Source: Octopus sinensis (Eukaryota). From it: 64,000 nucleotides of DNA. The stretch spans positions 4,154,001 through 4,218,000 of the forward strand of contig NC_043001.1 of assembly GCF_006345805.1 (NCBI RefSeq). Reading direction: 5' to 3'. Position numbers and translations under genes: made by a program. How positions within the stretch are numbered: position 1 is the stretch's first letter; each line of letters opens with the position of its first letter. Under the pieces are notes generated by a model. The model did no database searches, was not told where the DNA came from, and saw only the letters and a program-made list of their open reading frames with translations. This document shows positions 53,082 through 64,000 of this stretch, one piece after another.

Positions 53082-56000
53082 CATATGTAAATGAAATACG
53101 TTATTCATTCTCTGCTGTAAATACTATTTATAGACAGAGAAATTTTGTAAATCTTATATGAATTCTTTGTTGAAAACGTAGGCAATATCCATGGCTCATA
53201 GAAAAGCTTTCATAATACCGAAATATGTCAGCATCTGTTGCATGTGATTTACAGAAAATTATGAAAGATTGTAAGTCATAAATGACTAAAATATTATCAC
53301 ATTTTTTAGCAATTTTTCCTTCTCTCAAGCTTTTCGGCTCCTCCCCTTTTATGCTCTTTTCATCCGACTCGATTGCAGCATGTAAATGAATACATTATTA
53401 ACTTGATCAAGACAATTCGGTTACGGAAATTCTGCATTGGCAGGCTAATATCACTTCTCGAAATAATTGCATTTTGTTTTCATTTTAGGTGATAAATTAA
53501 ATGGCAGCAATGCATTTAGAATTGTATCATCTTTCAAAAATTGTAGAATATATATTCTAAAAAAATATTATATATTATATATTACATATTAACGAAAAGA
53601 TATAAACGGTTCAGCGGTGTTCACAAAGTCTTAAGTATGAGCGCAGACATAGAAATATATTTAAAATTTTATTTAAGCACTCAGTGTTTCAATATGAATA
53701 TAGGTTCTCAGTAACCTATATTCTCAGTAACCTATATGCGCGGGCATAAGACGGGGACAAGCAGTAGCTCAAGACATTTCTCTTTTGTTGTTAATAATGA
53801 TTATGTTGTTATTTACTTTTTTTTTAAATAGGTCCACCGAATATTTGCAACAGAAGGACCTAAATAGAAAATGAAATTTTATGTACCGCTGACAGGAAAA
53901 TTTGGAAAGCTATGTGTAGCCGGACGTCTGCTACTGAGAAGCACAGGGAAGGATGATATCACGTGATTCTGGCGGCTGCAGCGGACGATTAAGGATTATA
54001 CCCTGTCAGCGATATAAATATCCATGCCTAAATGTTTCACAAGTCCATAAAAGGGATCTTCTGATGGTAAATAAAGCAGTATTCAGTTTTCTAGCACTAC
54101 AGATGCACATAGGGCAAAGTGAATATTACCTTTTCATATTGATATCCATTCTGTCGCTATTAATTTCTATTTTGTTTCTGTCTTAAGTAGCTGAATCTAA
54201 TACTTCTTTTGTACATATGATAGACATGTCAACCACGTGGAGCTGGTATTATAACAGGTAAAATATTCGAGCTTTACGTGAAATCAGTTAGTAGTGGAAG
54301 GGGAGAACTACAATCGAAAGCGTGGCCTGTAGCTCAGAAAATTTTCGAAAAGCATCCGTCAAAACCATGCATATGAAAATATTTAGAAACTTACCCAAGA
54401 AAACGGTGTCTAAGAACTATTATTCCTCTCGCTCTCTTCTTCCTTCTCAATGTGTATATATATGTATGTGTGAGTGTGTGTGTTCGTGAGAGTGTGCGTA
54501 TGTGTGCACGCATGCGTTTGTATGTAATAATATACACATATATATATATATGTGTGTGTGTGTGTAAGAATAGGTGTCTGTGTGTATATATAAATTGTTT
54601 TCCCGTATGTTGAGATTTTTTTATAAATTTTACATTAAGTGATACACACACACCCACACACACACGCCCACACACACACACACACAACACACACACACAC
54701 ATATACTAGTTTTTTTCTAGGCCAGGATTTGTAGACCTTATAGCAATACAATAAACAATACAAGCTTCCAAATTTCTACTGCTTGTTTCCGTCACTTGGT
54801 AATGTAAACTTATTCTTTGAATACGAAAAGAACCGAAAATAATTTTAAGGAAATAATCGAGAAAAATAGTTTCAAAATAGAGGTTAAATCTTCCCACTTC
54901 AGACCAACTGCAAACTGTAAACATGTTTTTAGAAAAGATTCATTGGATATATTCACTGATTGTATAAGTATACTGACGACTGCTTTCCAAAAGATAAAAG
55001 GACTTCTGTATTTATAACCAACTGTTTTTGGCATTTTTGGCAGATACGGAATACAAACCGAAAACATACCGTCATATAAATGTATGTAAGTATGTATGTA
55101 TGCATGTGTGTGCGTGTTTGTTCATATCCCAGCATTAATATATATGATGATAATAATGAGAATTATTATTATTTTCGTTGCACAGATTCTAACGCTGGAG
55201 ATGTACTACACAGTATTAGCTGTTCACTACCTGTTAACTAAGGCAACACCTTTTTTTCGTGCACCTTCCGGAGTATTCAAGCGGTTCCAAGCAGAGTTGT
55301 TTTCTGCAAGTGTTCCACCCATATTGCAGCCCCTATTTGTACCATGTACTTGCCCCACCCTTATTATTATTATCATTATTATTATAATTAATAATAAGAA
55401 AGTATGTTATTTGCAACACAGCCACCGGTGGAGCGCCATATTATAAACGGATTTTTTTTTATTTGCACATGCAAACGTGCATATTATACAGGAATTAACT
55501 ATTCTAGCGTATAGTGAAGCATCTAATGAAGTAATGATAAGTATGATTTCTAGATTGTAGGTTTGTTTGTATATCTGTTGATACTGAAGTTTCCTTTATG
55601 TCCTGCGCCACTCCAACTCTGCTGTGTGCTGGTGGATATTACTCTAAACCAAACATTTTGGTCATCCGTTTGCTAATATTGCTAAAAGCATGATTCTTTC
55701 ACTGTAGGGGCCTTGATTAATATAAGGTATTGATAGAAAGTAGTTTTTTTACGCTCAGTTTAAATACTCGTACTTCCTAGATTCATATTCTTAACAGCAT
55801 ATGGACTAATAATTAAAAGATCCCTGATCCAATGCTAGTCGAGACATATGGATCCTTGTTTCATTTGATGAGTGCCGTGGACGTGAAATTAATCTCACAC
55901 ATTCTCCAGTCATTGAATATATGTATTAGGGCACTGTATAATATTCCCTTAAAATTTCCACCTGGAATGAAACTTAAATGAAAATGATTGAACTATATAA

Positions 56001-57861
56001 GCCAATATGCATTACTACATATCAGTTATCACAACATAACATTAGCAGATTTCTTAGTCTTTCTGAGGATGATGCAAGGAATCATAAAATTAAATAGAAT
56101 TGAGTGGTTATTAGGCTTTGCGATTTTGGCGTTTTTAAAATACGTAAATTCAATGGAAGTTAATGTTCTCTGGACGGTATGGCACGATATATATACGACA
56201 AGCGTAAGGTCACGGAACTTCAATGCATTCAGACGACAATTTAAAACATTTTGCAGTATGTTTTACTTGACACATGTCAATGTTGTGGTGCCTGGGAATA
56301 TAATTGCTTATGCAATGTGAAGTGTGTAACATCTATTGAGTACCTTTACATACAACTACAATCACACAGAACAACACACACAAACAGACAACCACACACA
56401 TACACACACATACACACGCACATATCCGAGTTTGTAAACTGAGGTTATTTCTATGAAAGATTACGAACCACAGTAAATCATCTTTCTACACGTGGAGTTA
56501 AGCTTGAGGAGCACAAGGCTTTACATAACGTTTGAAGTGGCTATGATTGTAAAGATGGCCAGTCGCCATAACATCCTGATTTCCATAACAATAATGCAAG
56601 CGCGGCACTGGAATATTATGGTCCAAATCAGCGAAACCACAAATCCCTCTTAATGCAGTAGTTATTAAACATGTGCGCGTGCATATCAGTATACCTACAC
56701 ACACACACCTGCAAACACCCACTCGCCTCGCCACTGGAACACACAATACACACGTACAAATGTATATAATACATTGATACATGCTTACACTGATAAATAT
56801 ATAACTATAGAGAAATAAAATAGAGTTACAGATATATTACCATATATATATATATATATATGTATGTATATATATGCATGCAAACGTGAACATAAGTATA
56901 TATGGGCATGGGAATACGTCTGTTAAAGATTAAAATCCTAATCAGTAGAGGGAGCCTTTGGAAAAATTAGCATTTACTTGGGAATAATTCCAGGAGGATG
57001 TTTCTCATTAAGTGATAATATGAATGGAACATCAGAGAAATTGGCAACCATCAAAGATTTATTGAACAAGCTAACAGCACGTTGTCTGTGGGGCTAATTA
57101 AATTAAACGACTTTTTATTCTGCTACAACAGTAAAATCTGGCTTTCATTATAAATTATCTTGTGTAATGATGAGAAGAGATGCTGTTCAGTTTGTAACAG
57201 CGTGCATGAGAAAGTCATGACATATTTGGTGAAAAATAGTGTACTAACGCTAATTATGATGTAGCCTGTGGAGTGCGTATGTGCCTTCTTACACGGCACA
57301 GATTCAAACAATCATACATACATACGAACATACATATATACATACATAAATTCATACATATATGCATATATATATATATGTGTGTGTGTGATAGTCAATG
57401 AGAGGGGAGAGAGAGACATAATCGATGTTAAACATATCTGTGCATGCATAAGTCTGTATAGAGAGTTACAATATAAATACGTATGTGTGTGTTTGTGTAA
57501 GTTCACTTTCATGTTTGTATGTTCATTGGAGGGAGAATAATTACTTAAATAAATTATATTAACAAACAATCACGAATCTGTGTTTACTTTACATCAATAT
57601 CTTTCCTTATATGGTGTGTTTCTTTCTATCGAGCTATGCAAAGTAAGGCAGAGGAGACGTAATTATATGTGAGAATGTGTCTTGCAAACGTATGAGCGGT
57701 TTATAACTGTCCCTGTGGTCAGTTAAATGGAGAAGCTGTATGGCGTTGGTCATAAACAGTCACCGGTGGTCGTTTATTTGTGAATGTGTGTGGTGCATCT
57801 GTATGTATGGGTGGCATATGTATAACTTTCTATCTAGCAATCTACCTACACCTCTCCCCCC

Positions 57862-57909
<48 letters not shown>

Positions 57910-59688
57910 GTGTGTGTATGTGTGTATGTATGTATAGAGACATGAATATATATATATATATATACATATGTTTGTGTGTCTATATATGTAAAGACCTCTG
58001 ACTCTCACTCTATCTCAAATAGATTCATCTCAAGGGCACACTTTGATTTGGGGGTCTGTATCTCTGATGGTAGATCGTCCCAGGAGTTCCTGTCATAGTT
58101 AATTTCTCTAAGTGCGTCTAAGATAGTCTTTCAAATGTTTCCATCATTTCGACTGGGGCCGTTTCTTCTTATCCCGCAGACTAAATATAACATGTTTTGA
58201 CTTCCAGTTGTCTTCTAAACGGTCAAAACGATCGGTTCATCTAAATCGGTAATTTATAATCAAAGATAATTCGCGATGCCTCTCATTCTCGCCTGCTGAA
58301 TCCCTTTCGTATGAGTTGCATGACTCGCAAATAAATCTTTAGGACATTACACAACCATTCATATTTGCTCCTGTTTCGCGCTTCATGCAACAGTTGTAAG
58401 TCTTCCGGGTCAGCGTTTGGCAAAATTGTTTCAAGGATACTGCCCATCCATTACCTGTATATATATATATATATATACAGAGGGAGAGGGAGTGAGAGAG
58501 AGAGCCAGAGACAGAGAGAGAGAAAGAGAGATAGACAGAGAGAAATAGACAGCCATGTAAGATGTATAGGTCTAGCTGTACATGTGTACACACATTAATA
58601 CATGTGTGTGTGTATGTGTGTGCGCATGTGTTTGTATGTGTAAGTATTAGCGCTAGAAGCATCTGCTACCGTCTATGAAGCAGAATAATTTAATTAGCTG
58701 TTGTACTTCAACTAAAGTTTTACTTAATAATCTATGAATGTGTTGCTTTTGCTTGATTAAAATGTTTAATTTGTGGACGAATCGACGCTGACAACTCCGA
58801 AAATCTGACCAATATTCACCGGAATTTGTCTAAGCCTTGCTTTCGTGGATAAAAACATGAAAGCAAGTACCATCTTGTACTCGTTTCAATGTACCAAACT
58901 TAGATAGTCTTTTCCTTCTTTGTATAAGTGGCTATCATTCATGTAAATGTACTCTTAGTCAGATACAGCTTAAATCTTAATAGCAACCATTGGTTCTCCA
59001 GCAACAATTGGTTCTCCAGCAACAATTTGAAACCTGTAAGTTCGACAGTTATACTTTGTATAGATGAGATTTTTTAACTGGTAAAATATATGAATTTTCT
59101 CATCCCTACAATTATTTAACTGGGCAGATTGGGTAATGGCGAAACGTAATCCCTTACAGGTACAAATAAAAAATCTGTTTCGATTTTCGAATATCTTTAT
59201 GTAATTGAAGAAAGAAACGGGATAATTTGTAGTATTTAGCACTCGTTTGAATTTAAATATAAATATAAATACTAATTTTGGTTAGAAAATCCAGAACGAG
59301 TGTTATCATACAACAATATATTGTATAATTTTGAACACAACTCCGATATTACGACTGATGTATTGATTAAAGATGGCTACTATTTCCTGAAATGCGCGTC
59401 TTTATTTTAGACAATGCATATATTTGAATAACGATGCAGACATTCAGGAATGATTACAATGGAATTTTACAAAGTGCATAATGGCACCCAGCATCACTTA
59501 GAAGGCAAGGTTTGCTTGCTACAGTATCGACAGGGGATGTTCTTTCTTCTCTTAAATGACGTCTTGTCAACTCTATTCTATTTCGATATATCAGCGTTGT
59601 AAATAGAGAGTGAATAGAAGGTATTAACAGTTTATTGTAAATAAAATGCGAGGATAACAATGGGGAAAATATTGGCAATGTGTATCAC

Positions 59689-59737
59689 TATGATGATGAT
59701 GATGATGATGATGAAGAGAAGGAGGAAGAGGACGACA

Positions 59738-59772
<35 letters not shown>

Positions 59773-59830
59773 GAAGATTATGAAGATGGCATTGATGGAG
59801 GTTGATGAGGAGGATGCGGGGGTGGAGGAG
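59689..59830. repeat. Mixed trinucleotide tract (GAT/GAC/GAG)n
   Basis: Seen directly. Confidence 0.9.
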
Positions 59831-60343
59831 CAGCAGGAGATTGTTAATTATCTTCATATCAGAAAATGGTCTTTTTTGTCGAACGTTGTTTATTATGAAA
59901 CGCGAAAAGCAAGAAGTACTTTTTGCAAAACTTTATTAGAGGTTGTTATCGACTCAACAGGCATGAGAGGAGACTAAGGAGGCTTTTATGATCTTTCATT
60001 TCTTGAAAAAGCAAATTCCTCAAAGATGACACGGAATTACGCAAGAACAGCTGGAGCATGAAAAATACTTAAACCTACTCTACAAGTAATTTTATGGCTT
60101 TTCTGGTGCCAAAACACAATACTCCTGTATAATATTTTATAATGATTTACACCTTGCTTTAAATTTATTTCAGATGAGTGACAAAGAATGCTTTCATCTC
60201 CAGCGACATTCCTGTCATGGTTTATTCCCCTTTCTTCACGACCAGAGACAAGTTGCTATGACTGCCAAGGGGGGGGGTATTCTTCTTGTGAATAACGTAT
60301 AATCATCGTGGTTTATACAGTAACTGGGAATACCAAAGAATAA

Positions 60344-61009
60344 ATTGGTGCTGATAACTGTAATAATGTTGTTGATGATGATGATGATGATGATAATGAT
60401 GACGACAACGGCAATGATTGTGCAATCAACGATGATACTGATGGCGATAGTGGTGGATGTGTTGAAGATGACGATGATAATAATAATACTCACGTTAACG
60501 GGACTAATACTACTACTGCTGCAGTTGCTGCTGCTGACGATAATGACGGCGATGACGGCGACTGCGATGACTATGATGATGATGATGACGATGATGATGA
60601 ATACGACAGTAATAATCGTGGAATCGATGATGATGTTCATGGTGGTGATGGCAGTGTATTGTTAGAAAAATATGGTTATAGTGGGGGTGGTGATGGTGAT
60701 GGTTGTGGTGTTTATGCTACGGTTGATGATGATGATAATGAGGAAGGCAACAGTAATGATCGTGGAATCGATTGTCACGTCCATGGTGGTGATGGTAGTG
60801 TATTGTTAGACAAATGTGGTTATAGTGGTGGTGGTGGTGGTGGTGGTGGTGGTTGTGGTGGTGATGCTACGGGTGATGAGGGTGATGATAATGACCTTAA
60901 TGGTACTACTGCTAGTGCTGCTGCTAACGACGATCATGACGGCCACTCCGATGACTATGATCATGATGATGATGACTCGGAAGTAAAGAAGAGACGAGGA
61001 AAACCATAA
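60344..61009 (+). repeat. Cryptic trinucleotide low-complexity tract (GAT/GGT/AAT/GCT) with a 144-bp diverged tandem duplication
   Basis: Units start at 60607 and 60751. One frame is stop-free for 221 codons (Asp/Gly rich). Confidence 0.85.
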
Positions 61010-63509
61010 GAGGAACCCAGGACGAAAGTGAATCAATGACTTTCTCCATGAAAATCTGACAGCTGTAATAGACTTCAGTCTAATGATATAATCATCCATA
61101 TCCAGAATTTACAACAGCAAAACAGAATAAATAAAAAAAAACATAAGTGCAACAGAAAAAATATATAATGCAGAAAATAAATAAATAAATAAAGTTGGCA
61201 GTCAAATCAAATATTCTACAACTGACAAAATTACTGAAATATTCCTGTTGATCTTACAGAGCTTAATTTAAACTTTATGGTTATTTTAAAAGAGAGAGAT
61301 TTGTTTGTTCACGGTTGACTGACAATTTTCTATGAACATTTTCTGCATGGTTATTTTCATTTGTGGGTAACTGGTATCTATAGTTTTAAGCAGCTTTGGG
61401 TGATTACACACACAGCGTGCAAGATAATTGTTTTAATCTGCAACCAACAAAAGACGTGTTCAATTTGCTTTTAGTGGTGCATTTTATAGGCAAAAATTAA
61501 TTCATGCTTCATATTTTTCTTCTATTATTTGCGTTTTACATTTCCATTTCTGTGATAATATTTTAGAAGTAATTTCGAGTCAAAGTTTATCGATGAACTC
61601 ATTTGAAGGTTACACAGGAAGAATTATGTCATGTGACAGTTCGTGTCAGGTTAGTATGAAATACACACTTAGAAAGACGTCGGCAAAATCGGTAACAAAG
61701 TGTCTTTGATGAACCATTAAAAGATGTGCATCTAAGAAAAGTGAAGCATTTTCAGTTTCATAGCGACGGGTTCAATCCCCGCACTCCTCTTGTGATGGAA
61801 CCGAAACTTTAAATAAATCTCGGATTAGATCATCAATATCTCTGTGAAATATGTAACAGATAAGAATATTTTCTCTAGATTTATCAAGGCATTAGTATAT
61901 ATCACATAGAGACTAAAAAATAACCGTACACTCATGCAAATGGTGTAGATGTATAGATATGTGTGTAGGTGTTCGTTTGAATGCGCGTGTGTATTCATCT
62001 GGCTGTGTCTGTGCGTGTGTGTAGGTATGTATGTATGAATGTATTATCATGACCCTACGCTCACACACAGAGACACGTACACAGACGCTCACATACTTTT
62101 CCGTGAAAAGAGTGCTTCTTTCAAATAAATTACCTACATTTGTCGTTTGGTCTAAATGTAATTAATCTTATCTTCAAATTAGATAATATATCGCTTTTTA
62201 ATAAAGGGGGTAATTTTAATCGACAAAATAATTTTGTATATTAAATGCCCAAATAATTATTTACCATTAGACTCTTGTGAGTTAGTGGTTCCGTAGTGTT
62301 TATATTCAGAAAACAATTCTGTAGAGAAGTGTTGTATGTGCGTTCACAGCAAATGACACTCAGCGTTTTTCCGAGCCCATCCCTCTGATCGTATTAGCAA
62401 ATCATGAAATCGGAAGACGTAAATGGGTTGCAGGAATATTATTACATATTTCTACAGATTATGGTAAATATCACATAACATTGTATGGATTGCACCACAT
62501 TCTATGAGATGTGGAATAAAACATGCCGTCCGTTTAAGAAAACAAAAGCAATGTCAGTTTGAATTTTTCTTTCTTCGTTTAAATGTTGCAATTTATTAAT
62601 CATTCTGCGGGGATTATATTACGCCTTCTGGATCTTATTGTTGAGTTGTGCCGTGGTTCCATTAGTAGTAATAGAAGTGATTTTGATTTTAGAATACTAC
62701 ACCAGCGAAGATCGTGCATGATCTTGCTTTTTTTTAATACATACATACATACACACACACATATGTATGTATGTACAAGAAATTATTTAAATATTAAATA
62801 TTGATCAGTGATAGCGAAATTATTTTGAGCACTTGATCAATCGAAAAATATGGGTTAACATTCTCTAATTGTTGATAAAGTTGCAAACAACTAAAATACC
62901 TCGCATTAAAATTTGAAATAAATGAAATATATAAATAATTAAACGGCAATGTGATTGAAATGATAGTTAAGTCCAAATTTTCGTTACAATTCACTTCAAA
63001 ATATTATTTCGAGGTATTACTATATTTAGAAATATTTGAAAAGATAATAATTCTGGAAGAGGAAATATAACAGGCAATATTCGTAAACACAATAATCTAG
63101 AGATGTACGAATTTCGGTAATTTATCAAGATGCATTTGAAAGCATATAGTTTGCAGATGATCTTGAGATAATTCTGTATCCTTTTTCCCATAGATAAATA
63201 TAGCTGGAAAGTATGTCATCAGTGTATGACGGCGAGGACATAATGAACCACATCAAATAGAAGGTGGATTGAATGCAGTAACATACACGAAATCACATAC
63301 ACGCATTTAGACACGTTCGCATACACGCACGCGCAAACATACACAGAATAAGAAAGACTACGTCAAAATGCCTAACAATCACATAATTATAAAATAAGTG
63401 ATAGCCATGAATGCATTGAGCAGGCACACGTTTTCGACTATAGGTATTTGCGTGTGTGTGTGCATTTAGGTATCTATTATCAATCCGTCTGCTTGTTTAC
63501 CGACCTACC

Positions 63510-63647
63510 GAGATATCTATCTATCTATCTATTTATCTATCTATTTATGTATCCATCTCTCTATCTATGTACCTACCTGCCTACCTACATAATACCTATG
63601 TATCTAGCAATCTATCTATATATGTACGGATCTATCTACTTACCTCC

Positions 63648-63685
<38 letters not shown>

Positions 63686-63750
63686 GTTTATCTATCTATC
63701 TACATATCTATCTATCTATCTGTTTGTCTGTCTGTCTATCTATCAGTCTA
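63510..63750. repeat. Degenerate (TATC)n microsatellite
   Basis: Seen directly. Confidence 0.93.
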
Positions 63751-64000
63751 GCAATCTATTTCTCTTCACAAATATATACATTTAAACGTATATACATGTG
63801 TATATTTTATATACGAATATACCCGTATATAAGTATAAATAGGTGTGTGTGTGTGCGTTTGTGGGCCTATGTGATGTGTGTACGTGTTCGTGTATGTATG
63901 TATGTATGCGTGTGTTTGTTCCTGTGTAACTATTTTGTCTTAACGCTTACCGTAACAGCATATACCTCAAAATCATAGATAAAATATAAAGCGTTATAAT

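Noticed and set aside
60174-60302. Exon or short ORF MSDKECFHLQRH... after tttatttcag
   Set aside because: It is 42 codons with no homology and no clear donor, and it cannot be joined in frame to the Asp-rich tract because of the stop at 60341.

Overview
This is AT-rich, microsatellite-saturated eukaryotic non-coding DNA. The SINE families and repeat landscape most resemble an Octopus genome; that assignment is an inference from family recognition, not a database search. I cannot support any intact protein-coding gene, rRNA, true tRNA or CRISPR array. Almost all long ORFs in the track are translations of (TA)n, (CA)n, (TATC)n or trinucleotide repeats. The window is a transposable-element graveyard. 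It holds a nearly intact IR/DR Tc1 element (19693-21317, DD34E, two nonsense codons) inserted at a duplicated TA inside a decayed piggyBac. It also holds an older Tc1-like relic with 38 residues between the second D and the E position, Penelope-like (PLE) RT/GIY-YIG relics, R4/Dong and RTE LINE fragments, several tRNA-headed SINE families (two copies with clean TSDs) and several MITEs. The most interesting signal is a set of hammerhead-ribozyme (HHR)-like motifs from at least three, possibly five, unrelated repeat families (2659, 6499, 6886, 9359, 43042, 44474, 48570; weaker at 40801 and 43616). Each has a different non-canonical core. Several have the loopless palindromic stem III of dimer-type minimal hammerheads, several sit in or beside (TA)n tracts, and they repeatedly occur as inverted pairs (a 63-bp hairpin, and two convergent pairs each about 4.0 kb apart). 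Self-cleavage activity is untested and may be lost in many copies.
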